From the sequence record KT919972.1: a stretch of 64,000 nucleotides of DNA; one strand, given 5' to 3'. Positions within the stretch are counted from its first letter, which is position 1; each line of letters starts with the position of its first letter. Below are positions 54,572 to 63,342 of the stretch, piece after piece. Made by a program: the position numbers and the translations under genes. Under the pieces are notes generated by a model that worked only from the letters and a program-made list of their open reading frames with translations, was not told the DNA's origin and made no database searches.

Positions 54572-55504
54572 ATGAAAAGTACAATGTTTTTAAACAACAT
54601 CACATGCATCGATCACGCATACGTTGATGAAAACGGTAAAATTAACGGTATGAGTTACAATCTATGTGTTGAAATCACCGGCGAAGTAGATGAAACTGAG
54701 CAAGTCGTAATTGACTTCAGCGGTTGCAAGAAAGCGATCAAGCAGTTAGTAGACGAATCTGAACACGCAATTGATCACCGTCTAGTTCTTGTCAACGGAT
54801 ACAGTGAATATGTGTTAAGCGATATTGAAAATCGTGACCGTACACAAATCGACTCTCCGTTATTCACTGCTGTTTCGTCTGTCAATGACTGGTATCAAGA
54901 GATCGTCGATGTATCGCTATTCGATACTGATCTTCACATCCCGTCGGATACGCTGTACATGAACTATCTAACCGAGTATCTTGAAAATATGTTGCTGAAT
55001 CAGCTTAAACTACAAGGCTATCCGGTCACACACGTCACTGTAGAGCTTTCAGAGAGCTTTGACTTGCCATCATGGGCAAACACGCACGTTTCATTTCATT
55101 ACGCTCATGGCTTGCGTTCTAGCTCTTCTTATGGGTGTCAGAACATTGCACATGGACATCGTTCGTTCATTGCAGTTGATGCCATGTTAAACAGTCGTGG
55201 TCGCAAAGTACTGAAGCGCATTGCTGAAGAAATGAGCGGCTACATCGTATGGAACGACAATCTAACTGCGGAAGGTGCGGTAGCGTATTGTTCACAGCGT
55301 GGTAATTTCTATTTGAACATCGATTCAGAAGAAACAATCGTAATCAACACTGAAACTACAGTTGAAAATCTCGCGAACTACATTGCAAAAACATACGAAG
55401 ACGAGTTTCAGCGTATGGGTGTACAGCGTGTATGGGTATCTGAAGGTCTTTCGAAAGGCGCAGTCGTTGACATCAAAATCAACAAAGAATTACTCTATAA
55501 GTAA
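54572..55504 (+). CDS. queD: QueD-like 6-carboxytetrahydropterin synthase (two-domain gammaproteobacterial type)
   Basis: VIDFSGCKKAIKQ..DH, HYAHGL...CQNIAHGHRS, ETTVENLA.YI, EGLSKGA. Confidence 0.8.
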   Translation: MKSTMFLNNITCIDHAYVDENGKINGMSYNLCVEITGEVDETEQVVIDFSGCKKAIKQLVDESEHAIDHRLVLVNGYSEYVLSDIENRDRTQIDSPLFTAVSSVNDWYQEIVDVSLFDTDLHIPSDTLYMNYLTEYLENMLLNQLKLQGYPVTHVTVELSESFDLPSWANTHVSFHYAHGLRSSSSYGCQNIAHGHRSFIAVDAMLNSRGRKVLKRIAEEMSGYIVWNDNLTAEGAVAYCSQRGNFYLNIDSEETIVINTETTVENLANYIAKTYEDEFQRMGVQRVWVSEGLSKGAVVDIKINKELLYK

Positions 55505-55516
55505 TCAACAATTAAT

Positions 55517-55546
55517 GTTTAGTAGCACGCTTCGGCGTGCTATTAT
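55517..55546 (+). promoter_or_regulatory. Class II promoter with a hairpin in the spacer
   Basis: G-TTTAGT-N17-TATTAT; tagcacgc-ttcg-gcgtgcta. Confidence 0.65.
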
Positions 55547-55571
55547 TGTTTTCTGACTAAGAGGAAATAGA

Positions 55572-56240
55572 ATGTTAGACAAAAATAAAGTAGATCCAAT
55601 TCTTGGACAAAAAGTTGAAGCGCATCTTCGTGAAATCGGAATGCACACGCCGACTGTTGAAAACGGTCTAACTGATGATGAAAAGAAAGTAATTCTTGAA
55701 GATCGATTCACTGACATCATGCAAGCTCTAGGTCTTGACCTTACTGACGATTCACTTGTTGATACACCGAAGCGTTGGGCTAAGATGATGGTCAATGAAC
55801 TCATGAGCGGTCTATCACCAGATATGTTCCCTAAATGTACTGCTGTAGACAACAAAATGAACTACGATCAGATGGTTTGTGAAAAAGGCATTACTGTTCT
55901 TTCACAATGTGAGCATCACATCGTAACAATCGACGGCTTTGCAACAGTTGCATATATCCCAAATAAGAAAGTACTTGGTCTTTCTAAGATGAATCGCATC
56001 GTCGAGTACTTTGCTCGACGCCCACAGATTCAAGAGCGTTTGACTGTTCAAATCGCTGAAGCACTGAAGTTCATTCTTGAAACTGAAGACGTGGCAGTAT
56101 TGATCGACGCAAAACACTATTGCGTCAAGGCACGCGGTGTTGAAGACAACAACTCAAGCACTGTTACAAGTCACCTATCAGGTGCATTTCGTACCGAACC
56201 AGAAGCACGCGCCGAATTCATGTCTCTAGCACGAGGGTAA
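55572..56240 (+). CDS. folE: GTP cyclohydrolase I
   Basis: DTPKR.AKM, SQCEHH, GLSKMNRIV..FARRPQIQERLT, HYCVKARG. Confidence 0.97.
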   Translation: MLDKNKVDPILGQKVEAHLREIGMHTPTVENGLTDDEKKVILEDRFTDIMQALGLDLTDDSLVDTPKRWAKMMVNELMSGLSPDMFPKCTAVDNKMNYDQMVCEKGITVLSQCEHHIVTIDGFATVAYIPNKKVLGLSKMNRIVEYFARRPQIQERLTVQIAEALKFILETEDVAVLIDAKHYCVKARGVEDNNSSTVTSHLSGAFRTEPEARAEFMSLARG

Positions 56241-56243
56241 TTG

Positions 56244-57620
56244 ATGATAATTGAATACGTTATGTCTGCGACGGGTCATGCTCGTCTTGGTGCAGCACAT
56301 AAACTAATGGACGTGGTTGACACGTCCTATTTGCGTAAAATACTAGACACAGCACAAGATCTCGACGGTGTTCATAAAATCAGTATGTTGTATAACGCAT
56401 ACACTGAAAAGAAAGTCGGTAAGCAAATTAAAGAATTGTTCGGTGATTCTGTATACAAGATTCATGTCGATTCTGGCGGTCTTCAGATTGTTAACTTAGG
56501 TCTAGAGAATACACCAGAACTTCGTAAAGCAGTTTACGAGAATCAAGCAGAGTCTGGTGATATTGGCATGTGTTTCGATGAAATCCCGTTGCACAATGAA
56601 GCACAAGGTGGTGGTTCTGCTCGTATCAACACGAAAGACAAGGTCTTCATGTATGATCTAGCGTACAAATACGGTGTTAAAACAGGTAAGAACATACGCG
56701 CTCAGATTGAAACATATCTTGAGAAAGAAAGCGATTGTAAACCGTACATAATCTTACAAGGCAACTCAGACGATGACTTTAAGGCATTCAGTGATGGTAT
56801 AATGTCACAACTTGAAGGCGTTGAGCATCACATTGCTGGTTGTGCTGCTGCCGATACATGTATTGGTAATGGCGTGCGTGAGTCTATTGACATGATGAGT
56901 GTCATTCCGAAGCTCAACATCCCAGATAAAGCAAAGAAATCTGTGCATATGCTAGGTGTCGGTTCTGTTAAGCGATTGTTGCCTGCTGTAGCTCTTATCA
57001 GAAGCGGTTATTTCGGTGACGATTTTCACATTAGCTACGACTCATCAACTCACACTGGTTGTTTAACCAATCGTGAATACACAGATAAGCTCGGTCGTCG
57101 TCGTAAGATCTCAGGTCACGGTATATTTAAAGATGGTAAGAAATTACCGTCGCGTGAACTAGATGAAATGCTAGATGAAGTGTGGGGTCGTTTCGGTCAT
57201 GTATTACCGCGAGGTAAAGAAGAGTTCAAGGAGTTCGCAACACGATTGTGGTTGAAAGAACTCGACAAAGAAACGATGACAGACGAAGATATTGTGTTTG
57301 AAGTTGCTTGTAATATGTGTATAATCTTATCACAAGTCAATAACTTCCAAGCAATCATCTCCGAAACTCTTGACTTGAATACACCGAAAGCAGTTGACTT
57401 ATCATCATTCTTCGGCGGGGTTGTAGAAGAAAAAGAACCGCAAGAAGGGTTTAAGAAATGGTCTGCGATTCGTCGTCTAGACGTTTTAGACAAACTACTT
57501 GATGTGAAAGACGTTGCTGCATATCAGCGATGGCACGCAAGTCATATTGACAAGCTACCATCTATGCGTATTCGTCGCGGTACAACTGCTGAATTCCCAG
57601 CTTTCAAAGAACAAGAATAG
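56244..57620 (+). CDS. dpdA: TGT-like DNA 7-deazaguanine transglycosylase (DpdA-type)
   Basis: HVDSGGLQ, GMCFDEIP, IILQG, HMLGVG, ISYDSSTH: TGT-barrel signatures; sits inside the queD-folE-queF-queC cluster. Confidence 0.8.
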   Translation: MIIEYVMSATGHARLGAAHKLMDVVDTSYLRKILDTAQDLDGVHKISMLYNAYTEKKVGKQIKELFGDSVYKIHVDSGGLQIVNLGLENTPELRKAVYENQAESGDIGMCFDEIPLHNEAQGGGSARINTKDKVFMYDLAYKYGVKTGKNIRAQIETYLEKESDCKPYIILQGNSDDDFKAFSDGIMSQLEGVEHHIAGCAAADTCIGNGVRESIDMMSVIPKLNIPDKAKKSVHMLGVGSVKRLLPAVALIRSGYFGDDFHISYDSSTHTGCLTNREYTDKLGRRRKISGHGIFKDGKKLPSRELDEMLDEVWGRFGHVLPRGKEEFKEFATRLWLKELDKETMTDEDIVFEVACNMCIILSQVNNFQAIISETLDLNTPKAVDLSSFFGGVVEEKEPQEGFKKWSAIRRLDVLDKLLDVKDVAAYQRWHASHIDKLPSMRIRRGTTAEFPAFKEQE

Positions 57621-57649
57621 CGCCTACGGGCGCTCTTTATGAGGTATAC

Positions 57650-58558
57650 ATGAGCAATTATGATGAAGTATCAGCTATTGCGGCTGAGCATTTAGGTAAA
57701 AAAGCTGGCGATTACAGCGATTTCGTTAATATCGTAGACGTTCGACCAGATTTACTTGTACCAATCCCGCGTGAGCTAAATCGAACTGATTACGGTATCA
57801 CAAACGAAGACTTTGCAGGGTTTGATACATGGCATGGCTTCGAAGTATCGGCACTGACTGAACAAGGTCTGCCTGTATCTGGTATGGCGAAAGTCGTGTA
57901 CCCAAGCGATTCACCGAATATCGTTGAAAGTAAATCAATGAAACTGTATTGGAACAGCTTCAACATGGCTAAAGTCGCTGCGACTCGTGCTGAAGTACAA
58001 GGTGCAATTGAAGCTATCGCGTCGCGTGATCTATCTGAAGTCATCGGTGCTGAAGTACAAGTGAGCTTCTTCACAATCAGATCAACGCAGCCGCACGGTA
58101 TGACAGGTTACGTAGAACTTGACAAATTTGTATCTGAAGACACTGTATTCGACTCAGAAAGCGGTGCAGATGCTGATTTACTGCAAGAATCTCACGTGAA
58201 GCGCATGAAAGTGTTCACACCGAATCTACGTTCTAACTGTCGCGTGACGCATCAACCAGATTTCGGCGATCTGTATGTGTACATGAAAGGTGATAAAACA
58301 CCAACTATTGACAGTCTCATGCAATACATTGTGTCATTCCGTAAAGAGAATCATTTCCATGAAGAATGTGTTGAAATGATTTACAAAGCGTTACTTGATA
58401 AGTTCGACCCACAAGAGCTTATGGTAACAGCGTTATACACACGTCGCGGTGGTTGGAATATCTGCCCAGCACGTGCAACGCATGAAGAACTACTACCAGA
58501 AGCACTTGGTAGTGAAGTTGTCTCGCACACTAACGGAAGTTGTTTATTCCGTCAGTAA
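57650..58558 (+). CDS. queF: NADPH-dependent preQ0 reductase, bimodular QueF
   Basis: FE.S.L...GLP, ESKSMKLY.NSFN, LRSNCRVTHQPDFG (catalytic Cys/Asp), FHEECVE, YTRRGG. Confidence 0.92.
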   Translation: MSNYDEVSAIAAEHLGKKAGDYSDFVNIVDVRPDLLVPIPRELNRTDYGITNEDFAGFDTWHGFEVSALTEQGLPVSGMAKVVYPSDSPNIVESKSMKLYWNSFNMAKVAATRAEVQGAIEAIASRDLSEVIGAEVQVSFFTIRSTQPHGMTGYVELDKFVSEDTVFDSESGADADLLQESHVKRMKVFTPNLRSNCRVTHQPDFGDLYVYMKGDKTPTIDSLMQYIVSFRKENHFHEECVEMIYKALLDKFDPQELMVTALYTRRGGWNICPARATHEELLPEALGSEVVSHTNGSCLFRQ

Positions 58559-58594
58559 TAAGAGCTATGATGAGTGTTCAATTGTGAGCACTCA
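58542..58594 (+). promoter_or_regulatory. Class II promoter followed by a 5'-UTR hairpin
   Basis: G-TTTATT-N17-TATGAT; tgagtgttca-attg-tgagcactca. Confidence 0.6.
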
Positions 58595-58613
58595 TATACT
58601 TGAGAGGTTAAAA

Positions 58614-59330
58614 ATGAAAGTAGTATCTGTTCTAAGCGGTGGCTTGGACTCAACAATCCTTACGTACAAACTAGTAGATGAATACGGCAAAGACAATGTG
58701 TTTGCATTATCGTTCTACTACGGTCAAAAACAGTCGATTGAGCTAGAAAAAGCTAAATTGACATGTCAAAAGCTCGGTATCGAGCATCGTCTAATCGACA
58801 TCTCATTCTTAGGTGAAGTAGTAGCACCTGTATGTGCAAATATCGCTGGTTCAGATGTTGCTATGCCAACTATTCAAGACGTTCTAGGCGACCCTCAACC
58901 GCCAACTGAAGTCCCATATCGTAATATGCTATTGAACACAATCGCGTTCTCATTCGCGCAAGCAAATGGCTGTGCAGCGGTGTTTACTGGCATTCAAGTG
59001 CATGACGCATACGGTTACTGGGACTGCACACAAGACTTTCTTGACGGCATGAACAATATATCTGCACTGAATCGTCAACACGAGATTGCATTACTTGCTC
59101 CGTTCGCTCGTATGTCAAAGGCAGATGAAATCGCTATTGGTGTTAAGCTCGGTGTACCGTTTGAAGATAGTCTAACGTGTTACGACCCTAACGAAGCAGG
59201 TGAAAGCTGTGGTAAATGTCCGTCATGTGCTGAACGCATCATGAACTTCGGTAAGGCGGGTATTAAAGACCCAGCACCTTACTCGATTGACATCCCATGG
59301 GAACAAGTATTTGCTAAGGCAGGTCATTAA
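58614..59330 (+). CDS. queC: 7-cyano-7-deazaguanine synthase
   Basis: SGGLDS PP-loop, FYYGQK, VPYRN, YWDC, TCY...CGKCPSCAER; GAGG RBS places the start at 58614. Confidence 0.95.
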   Translation: MKVVSVLSGGLDSTILTYKLVDEYGKDNVFALSFYYGQKQSIELEKAKLTCQKLGIEHRLIDISFLGEVVAPVCANIAGSDVAMPTIQDVLGDPQPPTEVPYRNMLLNTIAFSFAQANGCAAVFTGIQVHDAYGYWDCTQDFLDGMNNISALNRQHEIALLAPFARMSKADEIAIGVKLGVPFEDSLTCYDPNEAGESCGKCPSCAERIMNFGKAGIKDPAPYSIDIPWEQVFAKAGH

Positions 59331-59938
59331 TGTGTGGACTATTTGCTGCTAGAAGCAAGCAAGAGCTTATTGAATTGTCAAAGAGTAACATTCATCGTGG
59401 TTCGCGTACTCACTCTGTGAGTACGTTTAAGAACGGTCACGTGACGGTTCACAAGTTTACAGGTGCGTTCAATACAACTAATGTGCCTGATAGTGCAGAT
59501 TTTTATATCTGTCATGTACAAGCACCAACGGGAACAAGTGCTCAAGCACATCCCGCTATTGTAACAATTGAAGAGAACGGTCAGTTGCATGATTCACACG
59601 TGTGGCATAATGGCATTCTCAAAGATCATTACATGAAAAAACAGACTCAAGAATGGGATACTGCACACATCGCTGAAGCGATTTGCTACGGCAAATTAAA
59701 CGAACTTGACGGTACGTTTGCTTGTTTTCACTTCATTAACGGCAATTTGCGTGTATTTCGTAATGAAATTAGCCCGTTGTTCATGAGCGAAGACGGTACA
59801 TCGTTTAGCAGCACGCGAACGATTTTAACTCCAGAGCATGTTGAGCCAAATAAAGTGTTTAACATCGACTTGAAGACGTTTAAGATGACAGTCGTAAACG
59901 AGTTCAAGACTCTTGAAAATCCCTATTTCTTTATGTGA
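59330..59938 (+). CDS. Class II (Ntn) glutamine amidotransferase
   Basis: N-terminal MCGLF, RG, H..APT, HP, HNG.L, WDT, GTFAC, RNEISPL; ATG overlaps the queC stop. Confidence 0.85.
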   Translation: MCGLFAARSKQELIELSKSNIHRGSRTHSVSTFKNGHVTVHKFTGAFNTTNVPDSADFYICHVQAPTGTSAQAHPAIVTIEENGQLHDSHVWHNGILKDHYMKKQTQEWDTAHIAEAICYGKLNELDGTFACFHFINGNLRVFRNEISPLFMSEDGTSFSSTRTILTPEHVEPNKVFNIDLKTFKMTVVNEFKTLENPYFFM

Positions 59939-59947
59939 GGTTAAAAC

Positions 59948-60223
59948 ATGATTGAAGTGAATATCGACGACTTGCTGAAAAATGGTAAAGTCACATTTGA
60001 ATTTGAGAAAGCAGATGGTTCTATTAAGACTGTAACTGGTACGCGCAATCTCGATTTCATCCCTGCTGAGTTTCACCCGAAAGAAAAGCCTTTAGCTGAA
60101 GGTGAGACAAAGCCAGAGAAAACAGAAAAGCAAAAAGCGACATGCGGTTACTTCGATCTCGAAGCTAATGGCTGGCGTTCGTTTAAACGAGCTAATTTAC
60201 GCGAAGTGAAATCGTTTGATTAA
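59948..60223 (+). CDS. WYL_2/SH3-like small beta-barrel protein
   Basis: L..G.VTF.FEKADGS.K...GT....YFDLE..GWRSF. Confidence 0.6.
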   Translation: MIEVNIDDLLKNGKVTFEFEKADGSIKTVTGTRNLDFIPAEFHPKEKPLAEGETKPEKTEKQKATCGYFDLEANGWRSFKRANLREVKSFD

Positions 60224-60425
60224 AGACCCGTTTGCTGAACACTTGCGCGTCGGACAGTGTATTATTCACAAGAAGACGAGCAATGTGTATACAGTAACGA
60301 GTAAAGGCAAACTCAAGTTCGACGGTAAGTGGTACAATGCTATCACTTACACGAGCGAACTAGGCGACGTATACACAAGAACATACGACGACTTCCGCGG
60401 GTTTGAACTAAATAGTCCGCACTGA
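60216..60425 (+). CDS. DUF1653-like protein
   Basis: HKKT..VY.V...GK.K....W..AITY...G.VYTR..DDF..F. Confidence 0.5.
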   Translation: MIKDPFAEHLRVGQCIIHKKTSNVYTVTSKGKLKFDGKWYNAITYTSELGDVYTRTYDDFRGFELNSPH

Positions 60426-60519
60426 GAGACGGTCGCAGTGCGCTGATAAAACAGCGATTAACAAATAGGAGTGATGGGCCCTAACTCATCAAATCATCAA
60501 CTTTCGTGAGATCTATATA

Positions 60520-60726
60520 ATGGCTACAGAAAAAGAATTACTCGATGACGTGAATAACTTCTGGATTGGTTGGGACCAACGTGGTCCTGAGAGTCGAGAT
60601 TATGACATCGAAGATGGTAATATGCGCAAGAAATGTCGTGAGTTTGAAGAGCGAAAGAAAGCTACAGACGAACGCATTGCAGCATTTGAAGCAACACGAA
60701 ACAAATACAAAAGACGAGAGAAATAA
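60520..60726 (+). CDS. Hypothetical protein
   Basis: ORF upstream of gene 31. Confidence 0.65.
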   Translation: MATEKELLDDVNNFWIGWDQRGPESRDYDIEDGNMRKKCREFEERKKATDERIAAFEATRNKYKRREK

Positions 60727-61064
60727 TGACACTTAAAGCACACGCAATGGGCGAACAAATCATCATCGACACTAAAGCAGTTAAAGAAGGTGAAGAAATC
60801 AAATCTGAAGGTGGTATCGTTCTCGGGCGTGCTACTCAACCCGAAGTTCCGCTTCACGGTATTGTGATTTCTGTCGGCGAAGACGTAGACCAAAAGGTCA
60901 TCAAAGTAGGTGACAAAGTTCTATTACCACTAGGTAATATCAAAAACGTACCTGACCCACGCATTATCGAAGGTATCATGAAGCCAGACGATCAAGATCG
61001 TGCGCTATGGGTGCATACACACTACAAAAACATCGCGGCTGTATATCGCGACGACGAGGCATAA
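60726..61064 (+). CDS. gp31: Co-chaperonin (GroES analogue) for capsid folding
   Basis: AMGEQIII, KSEGGIVLG, G.VISVG, VGDKVLLP.G, HYKNI.A. Confidence 0.9.
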   Translation: MTLKAHAMGEQIIIDTKAVKEGEEIKSEGGIVLGRATQPEVPLHGIVISVGEDVDQKVIKVGDKVLLPLGNIKNVPDPRIIEGIMKPDDQDRALWVHTHYKNIAAVYRDDEA

Positions 61065-61066
61065 CA

Positions 61067-61456
61067 ATGAACGACAATCTTAGACTAATTGAAGTATCAG
61101 CAACTGGCTACTACAGCAACGCGACCGCAGCACACACGTGCTGGGTTACGGCTGAGTTCGTTGAGAAATATGAAGATGCGATTTGCGCATTTAGCTTTTC
61201 TTTCAGTGACCTAGACGGTAAGCATTCTGAAACAGAAGCTGAAGTTTGCATACATGAAGAACAGCGCGACATGGCACTGGCTTGGAGTGAGTCTCAAGGC
61301 GAAGATTGGTCAATCACTGAAATCATGTTCGACCATGAAGCATTCGAGAGCGATGACATTGAAGAAATGATCAGCTTGAACGAAGACATGAACAACACGA
61401 TTGAAGTCAAGACACAAACAGTCATTACAATCGGTACTGAAACTATCATTGTATAA
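61067..61456 (+). CDS. Acidic hypothetical protein
   Basis: GAGG RBS. Confidence 0.7.
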   Translation: MNDNLRLIEVSATGYYSNATAAHTCWVTAEFVEKYEDAICAFSFSFSDLDGKHSETEAEVCIHEEQRDMALAWSESQGEDWSITEIMFDHEAFESDDIEEMISLNEDMNNTIEVKTQTVITIGTETIIV

Positions 61457-61483
61457 AAAAAGGGAGCTAATTGCTCCCTTTTT
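61456..61483. terminator. Bidirectional intrinsic terminator
   Basis: aaaaaagggagc-taatt-gctcccttttt. Confidence 0.85.
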
Positions 61484-61484
61484 G

Positions 61485-61991
61485 CTATTCGTCATCTCCA
61501 TAACCATACTTGTTGTTGTCAAAGTCACAACGCGGGTTATTCAAGAAACTCTTTCTGTAAATCTTTTCCAATTCGCTTTTCTTCGCACCATCTGGGTACT
61601 TAATACCTAGACTGTCTAAATGTTCTTTTTGTTCTTGCAGTTTTAATCGACTGAAGATCTTAGTTTGGTCTTTTGGGTGCTGAGGGTGATAATCATTATC
61701 TGAGTAATCAGCTTCTAGGTATTCTACTAGATTTTTAAGCCACTGAATGTAATCAATTCCACGACCTTTCAAACCACTTCTTGTAAACTTATGAATCACA
61801 ACGCCTTCGTAAGTATTGCACGCTCGACACAGAACGCCTCGAATATGCCCCGTGTTGTGGTCGTGGTCAGTATGTGGCGTGCTTTTCTCTTCACTCAATT
61901 TAGTACCGCACAACACACATCTGTCCAATTGATCCATGATTAGTTCATTACGGCATTCTGTCAGTTCTGATTGTTTAAGTTGTTTGCTCAT
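61485..61991 (-). CDS. gp49: Endonuclease VII (Holliday junction resolvase)
   Basis: C.LC...H.DHDH..G..RG.LC..CN..EG, YLE.DYS..YHP. Confidence 0.95.
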   Translation of the reverse strand: MSKQLKQSELTECRNELIMDQLDRCVLCGTKLSEEKSTPHTDHDHNTGHIRGVLCRACNTYEGVVIHKFTRSGLKGRGIDYIQWLKNLVEYLEADYSDNDYHPQHPKDQTKIFSRLKLQEQKEHLDSLGIKYPDGAKKSELEKIYRKSFLNNPRCDFDNNKYGYGDDE

Positions 61992-62010
61992 GTTTTTCTC
62001 AAAAAAGTTA

Positions 62011-62039
62011 TTGACTATGCTATTGTTTATATGTACAAT
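62011..62039 (+). promoter_or_regulatory. Sigma70-like promoter with a divergent late-like motif in its spacer
   Basis: TTGACT-N17-TACAAT; minus-strand TATAAACA at 62024-62031 facing gene 49. Confidence 0.65.
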
Positions 62040-62064
62040 GAGAAGGCAAATTCATATAAGGAAT

Positions 62065-62325
62065 ATGACAATGACATTGAGACATTTAAGACAACGACTC
62101 GAAACTCTTGCGATATGTGAATTCAGCGTCGTCGAAATTCGATACTTTGAAGATGGTCGAGAGCGTTATATCACGCCAGAGTTCGAAATCGAATTCAACC
62201 CAGAAGTGACAATCATCATGTTGTCAGATTCAAAAGGTCGAATCTCTTACAATGAGATCGAAATAGAAAAAGAAATCGCAAGTCATGAAGAGCTTGCACA
62301 TCGTGAACGTTTTTTAGGAATTTAA
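62065..62325 (+). CDS. Hypothetical protein
   Basis: AAGG RBS before ATG 62065. Confidence 0.65.
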   Translation: MTMTLRHLRQRLETLAICEFSVVEIRYFEDGRERYITPEFEIEFNPEVTIIMLSDSKGRISYNEIEIEKEIASHEELAHRERFLGI

Positions 62326-62334
62326 GGTAAAATT

Positions 62335-63342
62335 ATGAGCTTTGTGAAATACACATCATTAGAAAACAGCTACCGTCAAGCATTCGTAGACAAATGTGAC
62401 ATGCTTGGCGTCAAAGAATGGGTAGCTCTTGAGAAGATCCACGGTGCCAACTTCAGCTTTATCGTCGAATTCAACCCAAGCACTGAGGAAGTACCTGGAG
62501 AGATGTCTGTAACGCCCGCTAAACGCACTTCTACTATTGGCGCTAATGCTATGGGTGATTACGACTTCTACGGTTGTACGAGCGTTGTAGAAGCTCACAT
62601 CGAAAAAATGCAAGATATCTCAAATTGGCTATTTGCCAATGATTTTATCAAAAACGATGAAACGATCATCGTCTATGGTGAACTTGCAGGTAAAGGCATT
62701 CAAAAAGAAGTCAACTACGGTGATAAAGATTTCTGGGCTTACGATATCTTATGCCCAGAAACCGGTGAGTTTCTAGATTGGGATGTTGTGCTCAAAGCAT
62801 GTAAGTTTGCTGGAGTCAAGACGACTCACGAAATCGCACGCGGTACACTTGATGAACTACTTAAAATCGATCCCCTCTTCAGAAGCTTTCACACGCCCGC
62901 TGACGTTGATAGTGAAAACGTAGCAGAAGGGTTCGTAGTTAAGCAATTGAAAGCGGAGAAACGCTTACACAACGGTTCTCGTGCAATCTTGAAGGTTAAG
63001 AATGAGAAATTCAAAGAGAAAAAGAATAAGCAGGGAAAAACGCCGCGAGCTAAAGTTGTTCTTACAGAAGAACAAGAAAAACTGCACGCTGCATTTAGTT
63101 GTTATCTAACTGAAAACCGCTTGCGCAATGTACTGAGTAAGATCGGCAAAGTTGAAGCGAAGCAGTTCGGTATGGTAAGTGGTTTGTTTGTCAAAGACGC
63201 GAAAGATGAGTTTGAACGTGACGAACGAGACGAAGTAGCAATCCCTCGTGATGATTGGGATGTTATCAAGCGTTCTCTAGTCAATGTAGCCAACGAGATC
63301 TTGCGTAAGAACTGGTTGAATATCGTTGATGGTACTTTTTAA
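62335..63342 (+). CDS. rnlB: RNA ligase 2
   Basis: EKIHGANFS motif I, YGELAG, AEGFVVK, ILKVKNEKF, YLTENRL.NV.SK. Confidence 0.96.
   Translation: MSFVKYTSLENSYRQAFVDKCDMLGVKEWVALEKIHGANFSFIVEFNPSTEEVPGEMSVTPAKRTSTIGANAMGDYDFYGCTSVVEAHIEKMQDISNWLFANDFIKNDETIIVYGELAGKGIQKEVNYGDKDFWAYDILCPETGEFLDWDVVLKACKFAGVKTTHEIARGTLDELLKIDPLFRSFHTPADVDSENVAEGFVVKQLKAEKRLHNGSRAILKVKNEKFKEKKNKQGKTPRAKVVLTEEQEKLHAAFSCYLTENRLRNVLSKIGKVEAKQFGMVSGLFVKDAKDEFERDERDEVAIPRDDWDVIKRSLVNVANEILRKNWLNIVDGTF

Noticed and set aside
58449-58613. 55-aa N-terminal extension of QueC in the ORF track
   Set aside because: It overlaps the queF end, a promoter and a hairpin; the GAGG RBS and the PP-loop position support ATG 58614.
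54572-59938. queE in the deazaguanine cluster
   Set aside because: No CxxxCxxC radical-SAM ORF seen in the window.
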